Positions 51,601-62,614 of a stretch of 64,000 bases of DNA are shown here, in pieces (the first letter of the stretch is position 1; every line of letters starts with the position of its first letter). The translations under genes and the position numbers were made by a program. This DNA is from Lytechinus pictus (lineage: Eukaryota). The stretch covers positions 19,904,001 through 19,968,000 of the forward strand of contig NC_087252.1 of assembly GCF_037042905.1 (NCBI RefSeq), given 5' to 3'. A model generated the notes under the pieces. It was given only the letters and a program-made list of their open reading frames with translations, did not search any database and was not told the DNA's origin.

Positions 51601-54600
51601 CTTACCTTCACATCCGTATTCATCCTCTCCACTATCAAGACACTGAACTTCACCATCACATTTATCATCTATCCTTCTCTTTCTCCTCCATCCTAGTATT
51701 CTTACCTTCACATCCGTATTCATCCTCTCCACTATCAAGACACTGATCTTCATCATCACATTTATCATCTATCCTTCTCTTTCTCCTCCATCAAAGTATT
51801 CTTACCTTCACATCCATATTCATCCTTTCCACTATCAAGACACTGAACTTCACCATCACATTTATCATCTATCCTTCTCTTTCTCCTCCATCCTAGTATT
51901 CTTACCTTCACATCCATATTCATCCTCTTCACTATCAAGACACTGAACTTCACCATCACATTTATCATCTATCCTTCTCTTTCTCCTCCATCCTAGTATT
52001 CTTACCTTCATATCCGTATTCATCCTCTCCACTATCAAGACACTGAACTTCACCATCACATTTATCATCTATCCTTCTCTTTCTCCTCCATCAAAGTATT
52101 CTTACCTTCACATCCGTATTCATCCTCTCCACTATCAAGACACTGAACTTCACCATCACATTTATCATCTATCCTTCTCTTTCTCCTCCATCCAAGTATT
52201 CTTACCTTCACATCCGTATTCATCCTCTCCACTATCAAGACACTGAACTTCACCATCACATTTATCATCTATCCTTCTCTTTCTCCTCCATCCTAGTATT
52301 CTTACCTTCATATCCGTATTCATCCTCTCCACTATCAAGACACTGAACTTCACCATCACATTTATCATCTATCCTTCTCTTTCTCCTCCATCAAAGTATT
52401 CTTACCTTCACATCCGTATTCATCCTCTCCACTGTCAAGACACTGAACTTCACCATCACATTAATCATCTATCCTTCTCTTTCTCCTCCATCCAAGTATA
52501 CTTACCTTCACATCCGTATTCATCCTCTCCACTATCAAGACACTGAACTTCACCATCACATTTATCATCTATCCTTCTCTTTCTCCTCCATCCAAGTATT
52601 CTTACCTTCACATCCGTATTCATCCTCTCCACTATCAAGACACTGAACTTCACCATCACATTTATCATCTATCCTTCTCTTTCTCCTCCATCAAAGTATT
52701 CTTACCTTCACATCCGTATTCATCCTCTCCACTATCAAGACACTGAACTTCACCATCACATTTATCATCTATCCTTCTCTTTCTCCTCCATCCTAGTATT
52801 CTTACCTTCATATCCGTATTCATCCTCTCCACTATCAAGACACTGAATTTCACCATCACATTTATCATCTATCCTTCTCTTTCTCCTCCATCAAAGTATT
52901 CTTACCTTCACATCCGTATTCATCCTCTCCACTGTCAAGACACTGAACTTCACCATCACATTAATCATCTATCCTTCTCTTTCTCCGCCATCCTAGTATT
53001 CTTACCTTCACATCCGTATTCATCCTCTCCACTATCAAGACACTGAACTTCCCCGTCACATTTATCATCTATCCTTCTCTTTTTCCTCCATCCAAGTATT
53101 CTTACCTTCACATCCGTATTCATCCTCTCCACTATCAAGATACTGAACTTCACCATCACATTTATCATCTATCCTTCTCTTTCTCCTCCATCCTAGTATT
53201 CTTACCTTCACATCCGTATTCATCCTCTCCACTATCAAGATACTGAACTTCACCATCACATTTATCATCTATCCTTCTCTTTCTCCTCCATCCAAGTATT
53301 CTTATCTTCACATCCGTATTCATCCTCTCCACTATCAAGATACTGAACTTCACCATCACATTTATCATCTATCCTTCTCTTTCTCCTCCATCCTAGTATT
53401 CTTACCTTCATATCCATATTCATCCTCTCCACTATCAAGATACTGAACTTCACCATCACATTTATCATCTATCCTTCTCTTTCTCCTCCATCCTAGTATT
53501 CTTACCTTCACATCCGTATTCATCCTCTCCACTATCAAGACACTGCACTTCACCATCACATTTATCATCTATCCTTCTCTTTCTCCTCCATCCAAGTATT
53601 CTTACCTTCATATCCATATTCATCCTCTCCACTATCAAGACACTGAACTTCACCATCACATTTATCATCTATCCTTCTCTTTCTCTTCCATTCTAGTATT
53701 CTTACCTTCACATCCGTATTCATCCTCTCCACTATCAAGATACTGAACTTCACCATCACATTTATCATCTATCCTTCTCTTTCTCCTCCATCCAAGTATT
53801 CTTACCTTCACATCCGTATTCATCCTCTCCACTATCAAGACACTGAACTTCACCATCACATTTATCATCTATCCTTCTCTTTCTCCTCCATCCTAGTATT
53901 CTTACCTTCATATCCGTATTCATCCTCTCCACTATCAAGACACTGAACTTCACCATCACATTTATCATCTATCCTTCTCTTTCTCCTCCATCAAAGTATT
54001 CTTACCTTCACATCCATATTCATCCTCTTCACTATCAAGACACTGAACTTCACCATCACATTTATCATCTATCCTTCTCTTTCTCCTCCATCCAAGTATT
54101 CTTACCTTCACATCCATATTCATCCTCTCCACTATCAAGACACTGAACTTCACCATCACATTTATCATCCATCCTTCTCTTTCTCCTCTATCCTAGTATT
54201 CTTACCTTCACATCCGTATTCATCCTCTCCACTATCAAGACACTGAACTTCACCATCACATTTATCATCCATCCTTCTCTTTCTCCTCCATCCAAGTATT
54301 CTTATCTTCACATCCGTATTCATCCTCTCCACTATCAAGACACTGAACTTCACCATCACATTCATCATCTATCCTTTTCTTTCTCCTCCATCCAAGTATT
54401 CTAATCTTTACATCCGTATTCATCCTCTCCACTATCAAGACACTGAACATCACCATCACATTCATCATCTATCCTTTTCTTTCTCCTCCATCCAAGTATT
54501 CTTATCTTCACATCCGTATTCATCCTCTCCACTATCAAGACACTGAACTTCACCATCACATTTATCATCTATCCTTCTCTTTCTCCTCCATCCTAGTATT

Positions 54601-55360
54601 CTTACCTTCACATCCGTATTCATCCTCTCCACTATCAAGACACTGAACTTCACCATCACATTTATCATCTATCCTTCTCTTTTTCCTCCATCCAAGTATT
54701 CTTACCTTCACATCCGTATTCATCCTCTCCACTATCAAGACACTGAACTTCACCATCACATTTATCATCCATCCTTCTCTTTCTCCTCCATCCAAGTATT
54801 CTTATCTTCACATCCGTATTCATCCTCTCCACTATCAAGACACTGAACTTCACCATCACATTCATCATCTATCCTTTTCTTTCTCCTCCATCCAAGTATT
54901 CTAATCTTTACATCCGTATTCATCCTCTCCACTATCAAGACACTGAACATCACCATCACATTCATCATCTATCCTTTTCTTTCTCCTCCATCCAAGTATT
55001 CTTATCTTCACATCCGTATTCATCCTCTCCACTATCAAGACACTGAACTTCACCATCACATTCATCATCTATCCTTTTCTTTCTCCTCCATCCAAGTATT
55101 CTAATCTTCACATCCGTATTCATCCTCTCCACTATCAAGACACTGAACATCACCATCACATTCATCATCTATCCTTTTCTTTCTCCTCCATCCAAGTATT
55201 CTTATCTTCACATCCGTATTCATCCTCTCCACTATCAAGACACTGAACTTCACCATCACATTCATCATCTATCCTTTTCTTTCTCCTCCATCCAAGTATT
55301 CTTACCTTCACATCCGTATTCATCCTCTTCACTATCAAGACACTGAACCTCTCCATCGCA
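48660..55360 (-). repeat. 100-bp-unit satellite, ~66 copies of an LDLa exon 3' half plus splice donor plus intron start
   Basis: Minus-strand unit: atgataaatgtgatggtgaagttcagtgtcttgatagtggagaggatgaatacggatgtgaag|gtaagaatacttggatggaggagaaagagaaggatag; exact 100-bp period, continuous with the exon at 55306. Confidence 0.97.
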
Positions 55361-55425
55361 ATAATCCTTTACCATGTCCAGGCAATGCAGAGAGAGATAA
55401 CATGGGGATTCAGGACTCTCACATT
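55306..55425 (-). CDS. Gene A LDLa type Y exon (ECESPESPCYLSLHCLDMVKDYCDGEVQCLDSEEDEYGCE)
   Basis: 120 bp, phase 1-1; acceptor ctctctttcag, donor gtaaga. Confidence 0.88.
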
Positions 55426-55730
55426 CTGAAAGAGAGAGAGAACATTCTTTTTTAAAAAGCAGTATTCCATCAGCAAACTGCTGAATTCTCAGAAAAGCAG
55501 ATTTTAGCCTACTCATATGGAGCACGTACGCTGACATTAAATGGCAATAGCTCAAAGCACTCAACAACTCACAGTCGTTTCTTTAATACCCACAATGCAA
55601 AATTCAGATCATTTGATCTTAGAATGCGACATTCTAACCATGTAGGTCGGTAACTCATATTCCATGAAATGACAAGAAATATGTTTTATTAAAAAAAGCT
55701 AACATATATTACAAATCATTCATGTCTTAC

Positions 55731-55968
55731 CAACAGCTGACACCCTGAAAGTCATATTGAAGATACCAGCAACAGATTTTGGCATGGCAATGAGAAGATA
55801 CCCTGTATTCAAAAATAGGGTAAAGTTTGTACTATAAGTATAGCTCTCCAGATTTCCATATCCACTTGCAAATGCTAAGACTGTCTCAAAATCTGTTGGG
55901 TTGGTCCAATATCCAGTAGAGACACCCACAAGGTCCAAGAGAGGTCCGGTCAGATTCATTGTGAAATT
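55731..55968 (-). CDS. Gene A beta domain copy 1, second half
   Basis: 238 bp, phase 0 to 1: NFTMNLTGPLLDLVGVSTGYWTNPTDFE...NFTLFLNTGYLLIAMPKSVAGIFNMTFRVSAVG. Confidence 0.88.
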
Positions 55969-56456
55969 CTGTAATATAATAGAATCAGAATCATAGGAAT
56001 TATATTTCTATGATTACTAGTCTGAAGGGGTGTTGCAAGAAACTTGCGATCAATTGCAGGTTTATTTTTGGTCCCTAAATCAATCATAAGTTTTGAAATA
56101 AATTGTGAATTTTCGATTGATTAATTATCTGCTTCTTCAAACATGCAAATCTAACTACAATGTAATTTGCGACAATTAAATTTGATCTATTAATTGTAAA
56201 ATTGCAAAAGAATATTTTGCAATTGATTGCAACTATTTTCTTGGAACAAAAATCATCATTCACTGCTTTTGCTTACATTTTTTAAAACTAACAAATTAGA
56301 GAGGTTCAAATTCAGATACAAGATTCTATTCCAAACATTTCCGACAAGACAGTTTTGATTGCCATCAGTCATCTGTTAACAATTCACAAAGTTTTTGTTC
56401 TCAAATCAAAGAAGAAATTTAAATCCTACTAGGGTCAAATTTACATCCTATTAATA

Positions 56457-59400
56457 TGTGACTTGTCATGTCTAAATCAGACAGAAGCCGCTTGATACCA
56501 AACTGAGAAAATGGGTAAAATGCTAAAAATCTTCAAAAATGTTGAAATTTTTATTTTTACATTTTAGGGATGTTTAATGTTTCAAGTATACTCTGTCAAA
56601 AAATCAATCGAAAATGATAACGGGAAAGTGTCAAAAAAGCAGTTTTTCTGCGAGTGTTTTTTTCGGACAGTTCGAACTTTTCTGACACTGCTCGTTCAGC
56701 AAGCTCAAATCTTCGCGCTATACTAAGCTCCGCCCCTAGCAACGAACGCCATTGTTGATTGGCTATTCATAGTCACGTGCGGCCGGCGGTGAACGAAGAG
56801 GATTAATATTAGCTGAAATCGATGAGCTGGGCTAAGCTGAAGCCATTTAAACTCGCGGGGGGGGGGGGGGGGGGAGGGGGTAGGGTGGGCTTGTCCAACG
56901 TTTGCAACTCAAATCAGATATACCATTATTTTGGTTAACTGAAGAAATGGGATAGCAAAATAAGCATGTTCACCTATAATTATGGCGGCAAAGTCCAAAG
57001 GGAAGAACAGAGAACGTGCCGAATTTGGATTATAAGATCAGATAAAACCCCCACCTCCCCGCCCGCGCTTCAAAAAGATAGATCAAAAGCATCGCTTTTC
57101 AAAAGCATGCCTGTTAAGAAAAGTTTACTAACGGAATGCGAATTCTAAAGGCCTTAGGCTTTTAGAATTGCCATCCCGTTAGTAAACTTTTAAGGCCTTA
57201 GGCCTTTAGAATTCGCATCCCGTTAGCAAACTTTTCTTAACAGGTATGCTTTTGATCTATCTTTTTGAAGCGCGGGCGGGGAGGTTGTAACTGGGAAGGA
57301 TGGGGGCATGGGCGATGGATACTGAGTTGAGTATTGGGTCTCAATAAAAGCCAAGGACGAAACGTATTCAGAACGCGATTTGTGAGGATTAATTTCATTG
57401 AAATTACAAAGGATATGCTGAATTGAGAAATCTTTTATTTAATCTTAGGCCCATTATCAGGATTTTTTCATTAAGCGTTAAACTTGAGATGGCATTTTCA
57501 AAAGAAAGATTCTCAAATCCTCAAAAATATTGATTGTCAGTGAATGCGTGTTGAATTATTAAGATTCAAGAGAACAACGAAAGAAATAAAATCTATCATA
57601 TCATTCTTCCCTCGCTCTGTTGGGTCACTGTGTATTCCCACGTCTTATGTTTTTTGTGTATGTGAGTGGCCATTGTCATAGGTATTTATTTAATATGCAA
57701 TTCATTATGAATAACTATTGTTATCCGAGGGGTCTACGATCTAGCTTCTAAGTGGACCTCTCCATTTCCAGCGAAATATTAATTCACCATCGTTTTTTTT
57801 ATGCAATGAATTTTATCAATTTTGGTTTCACAATTATAATTGAAAGATAGATTGCATGTACTCTACTTTGCATTATTGTCATGATACTTGTATGATTTTT
57901 GTATTTTTGTTGGAAATGAGAAAAAATAAGAACTGAACTGAACTGGAATTGTAGCGGGAATAATCATAATCACTTATTCAAGATAGGGAAAGCGGGGTCT
58001 GGAAATGTATACTGTACTGTACATTTTGTAAACTTATAGGGGATTAGAATCACATCAAACCCTTTATGAATCAAACCTCTCGCCGTCAAATTTCCTCATG
58101 TCGTTTGAAGAAACGATAGCATTAGCGACATGTTAACAAAGAGAGCAACAAATCCAATAGAGAGATGAAACAAGAAAAAAAGATTGATTGCTTAATCAAT
58201 CACAATCACCAACGATAATCGTGATAATTTTGAAATAAATAGTATTCAGGGTAACTACATGTACAATGATAATGATAGTATAATACTAACGATGATAATA
58301 ATGATAATACAAAATAACAATTAGTAATCATAGGGATGATGGTGGTGATAATCGTAAAAATGATAATTATGATAATTAAAAGAAAATCAATAATTACAAT
58401 ATAAAAATCAATATGAGCTTGTACTGCCTTTTCCGTATCTCAACAATTATGGCTTTCAAAATGAAATAATACATATTCTAATCAATTTAAGAATCATAAA
58501 CTACTAGGCTTAATCTTGGTGTTTTCTTGCTATAGGCCTATAGGCATAATAACGTTCTTTGATATGTGATAAGAATCATGGCATTAATACTGAATCTTGC
58601 TTGTGGTTTAATGTTATTGTGATAGAAAATAATAATAAAAAACAAAACAAGTATGTTCGAGTTAGCATCTGTGTCTGGCTTTGGTAGGCCTATTCATGAC
58701 GAAATGTTAACAACGCAATCATTACAAAAATAAATAAAAGAAACAATCTGTTAAGATTCCTATTTTTATACTTTTGATGGTGCAAGCATAGGCCTTTACG
58801 TAGAAAAAAAGACATATTTGATAATGAACAATGAAGGTACATGTAGTCCAGGATGTAGCAATGGGGGTGGGGATGCTCCCGGCCTGCGCCAGGTGCAAAG
58901 TTTTTGTATAATACTTCAAAAGCCTAGGTTTTTTTTCCTTCTAATTATAAAAGCTAGATTGGGGTAAAGAAAGGAAAGCATCCCCTCGCCTTCCCGCCCG
59001 CGCTTCAAATAGATAGATAAAAAACATCGCTTTTAGTGTTCTCAAAAGCATGTCTTTCAGAAAAGTTTACAAAGCGGATGCGAATTCTAAAGGCATAGGT
59101 ATGGCGATAATGGCACTGGGCCGGGCGGGGGCGTGGGCAATGGATAACGAGCTCGAGTATAATCGCGAAATAAGAGCCAAGGACAAAACGTATTCAAAAC
59201 ACGTTTTTTTATGAGGATTAATTTCCTTAAAATTACAAAGGATACTATCAAGGAGACAATGATAACAGGTACTATCTCTATCATAGGCCATGATCAGGGT
59301 CTTTTCATTATTTAAAACAATTTTTTTTTTCGGAGATGGCATTTTCAAAAGAAAGATTTTCAAATCTTTAGAAAATATTGATAGTCCGTGAACGTGAGCT

Positions 59401-61016
59401 AATCTATTAGCTTAAAGAGAATAAATAAAGAAACTAAATCGAACGTCAAAGTTTGTGTTATCCAAGTGAAGCCCCTTTCACAATGGTGTATCTCAATAGT
59501 AGTGGCTATTAAAATGAAATATCCAATTCAATAATAATGACTAATAAGCTTAATCTTAATTTGTCATAGGCATAATAGCGTTCTCTGATGGTTGATCAGA
59601 GAACATGGCATCAATACTGAATCTTGCTTGTGGTTTAATAAAAAAGTTATTGTGATAGAAAATCATAATAAAAAACAAACAATTATGTTCGAGTTAGCAT
59701 CTGTGTCTGGCTTAAGTAGGCCTTCGTGACGAAATACAAACAACACAATCATAACAAAAATAAATAAGAAACCAATCTGTCAAGATTCCTTTTATTACTT
59801 TTGATGGTGCAAGCATAATGCCTACAAAAAAAAAAAAGATTTGATAGTAAACAATAAACGCGAAATAACCAAGGACAAGACGTATTCAAAACACCGGTTG
59901 TATGTGAGGATTAATTAATTTCATTGAAATTGTCAAGGATATGCAGAATTAAGAAAGTTTCTTTTAATCATGATAACGATATTTCCTTAGCGTTTTTAAC
60001 ATTTTCAAAAGAAAGATTTTCAAATCCTTAAAAAGATTGATCGGCAGTGAACGTGAGTTTTGTTAATCAATTTTAAAGAGAACAACGAACACTCAAAGTT
60101 AGACGTAACACGTTCTTAACAAAAGTGGGGTATATGAGTGGGGGATGTTAGACTTCTTGCATGACTTTAAGAAAAATAAAGCGGAATAAAAACAAAGACG
60201 GCGTGTGCCTCTGTGTGTTGGTTTTTACGGTGGTATAAACACAGTTTGCTTTACTCATTTTACCCCGGCATTTTACGTTTTAAACTCTTCTCACAAAGGT
60301 GATGAAAGTTCTTAAGATGCCACGGAAATCGATAATAACTTTTAAAAAAAGAAGGAAGAGAAGAAGGAGAAGAAAAAATGAGGAGATGGCAAATTAAACT
60401 CCCGGATTAGACTCATGGTAGTATAGAGCCGATACAGGCGTGACTGGTATAGACTCAAAAAGGTTCAGTCCGCATTCAACATGGACGCCACACACAATCG
60501 CACCTGAAAGACCGGCGATACACAATCTGACAATAGACAGAGAAACAATACCAGACGCGGCAAAAGGCACGCAAAATGCCTCACGGTGCAATAAAATAGC
60601 TTGTGTTTCTCTCTTAAAAAAACATATAATTAATGGTTGAAACGATTACAAAAGCATATTTTCTTTGAGAAGAAATCTCAAGGATTCAGCAAAACCCAAT
60701 TTTATTCTAAATCATTGACGGTTGCTAAGCACTTTCAGTCAACGAAAGGATGAGTTTCCGCGTGAAACATGTGAAAAATGCTCCGAGAAGTCTGAAAGCG
60801 GGCGAAACTTTAGAAGCGATTTTCTCGTAAAAATACTTTTTATGAACTCTCGTACCTGGGACATTTAAAGACTATTTTCTCTGCAAATACTATGTCCCTT
60901 AGCATGTGCTACATGTATATACCAAATTAAAGCTTGAGAAATGGAGAATCATAATCATTAAAAAAATTATGTTTGAAAAAATCGACTTCTGTCTGCTTTT
61001 GACGTGACGAGTCACA
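56457..61016. mobile_element. 4.56-kb non-autonomous TIR element (TGTGAC...GTCACA), unclassified
   Basis: Left end tgtgacttgtcatgtctaaatcagacagaagccg matches the reverse complement of the right end tgtgactcgtcacgtcaaaagcagacagaagtcg; TA on both sides; internal direct repeats and a palindrome; no transposase ORF seen. Confidence 0.7.
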
Positions 61017-61055
61017 TATTATTATCGTCAAATTGTGAAATGCATGAATATTTAC

Positions 61056-61216
61056 CAGTATCTCCATAAACAGGGAAGATCCTACAGGACTTTCAAAGAC
61101 ATAGTGGGTGAAATCGTAGAATTCGCTTGCTGGAGTATCGCGATCATCAAGAGTTCTCTCTCTTACAAACCCTTCACTGAAGTATGTCCAAACCCCAACT
61201 TGGATGTCAAAGTTAC
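61056..61216 (-). CDS. Gene A beta domain copy 1, first half
   Basis: 161 bp, phase 1 to 0: SNFDIQVGVWTYFSEGFVRERTLDDRDTPASEFYDFTHYVFESPVGSSLFMEIL; donor gtaaat. Confidence 0.88.
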
Positions 61217-61516
61217 CTAGAAAATGGAATTAGTCAAAAAGGGGAGAAAGGGAGGGAATAAGACAGAGAGAGAAAGAGGCCAATTTCATGAAAAAGAGAG
61301 TTGAGAAAGTAAGGGAGAATGGGGAAATATTAAAATATTGGTGGGAATGGCGTACAATTCGTGTATCATTTTAAGAAACTATTACGATACTTTGTATGAG
61401 AACTTTATATGTAACTTGCATGTTTGTAAAATTGATCACAATTCGGCCTTTGGCTGCGATGATCTTTTAATAAACCATTTTATCTATCTATCTATCATCT
61501 ATCTATCTAAACTTAC

Positions 61517-61639
61517 TGATATACTCAGAGTGTTTGCAGAGATCTTCTGCCTCATCTACCCCATAAGGACAATCGTTATAGAAGTCACAAACTTGAAGGT
61601 CAAGTAAACACCATGAAAAACCAGGACACGCAAAACATC
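61517..61639 (-). CDS. Gene A LDLa type X exon (GCFACPGFSWCLLDLQVCDFYNDCPYGVDEAEDLCKHSEYI), the most 5' exon found
   Basis: 123 bp, phase 1-1; acceptor ttccttag, donor gtaagt. Upstream exons must lie beyond the window. Confidence 0.88.
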
Positions 61640-62003
61640 CTAAGGAAAGACACAGAAACAAAAATATTAAAGATAAACTCTAGTAGTTACAAGAAACAAT
61701 AATAACATGAGAAAAGTCTTCAAAATACATGTTGTTGTACCTTCATAGATCTAGATGTAGTGGTAGGGTCATGTTAACATAATTGTGAGAAGAAACAAAA
61801 TCAACGGTGAAAATCATGAATACAACATACATGTACATTAAACCATATTCCTGTAAAATGTCATACGTACTTCAACCTTATGACACCTAGATAGATCCTT
61901 GATCATTCAATCCATTTAACAATGATGTCATCATTTGTGCAATTTTGGATCTATATGATTTTGTCCACTGCACGTTCACCAGCACTCGCATTTGCAGCAT
62001 GCA

Positions 62004-62614
62004 TTAAAGGACAAGTCCACCCCAACAAAAACTTGATTTGACTATAAAAAAAAATTAACAAGCATAACACTGAAAATTTCATCAAAATCGGATGTAAAAT
62101 AAGAAAGTTATGGCATTTTGAAGTTTCGCTTCATTTCACAAAACAGTTATATGCACATCTCGGTCGGTATGCAAACGAGGAACTGATGACATCACTCACT
62201 CACTATTTCTTTTGTATTTTATTATATGAAGTGTGAAATATTTTTATTTTCTCGTCATTTTCATGTGAAATGAAGTTTCATTCCTTTCTGAACACGTGGA
62301 TTTCCATTATTTTAACATTTTGTGCTTCAGGCAAGGAGGTCCTCATCGTCAAATTCGTAAAAATTGAAATATTGTATAATTCAAACAATAAAAAACATAA
62401 GAAATAGTGTGTGAGTGACATCATCGACTCTCTCATTTGGATGTAACTGGCTCGTTCATATAACTATTTTGTTAGAAATAAGCGAAACTTTGAAATGTCA
62501 CAACTTTCTTATTTTACAACCGATTGTGATGAAATTTTCAGCATTGTACTTGAATGTCTGATTTTTCTCTATTGATTCAAAACAACATTTTTCTGAGGTA
62601 GACTTGACCTTTAA
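62004..62614. mobile_element. Kolobok-like TTAA MITE nested in an older inverted-repeat element (about 61880-62963)
   Basis: TTAA-aggacaagtccacc ... ggtagacttgacct-TTAA; outer arms atgacacct...atagatccttg / caaggatctat...aggtgtcat. Confidence 0.7.

Noticed and set aside
48605..55356. About 50 near-identical 67-aa ORFs (MINVMVKFSV...EKEKDR) suggesting a tandem gene family
   Set aside because: They arise from a 100-bp unit (not a multiple of 3) read across two units; they overlap each other and lie within an intron of gene A.
48660..55360. CRISPR-like array
   Set aside because: No unique spacers, units are near-identical throughout, the context is a spliced eukaryotic gene, and no cas genes are visible.
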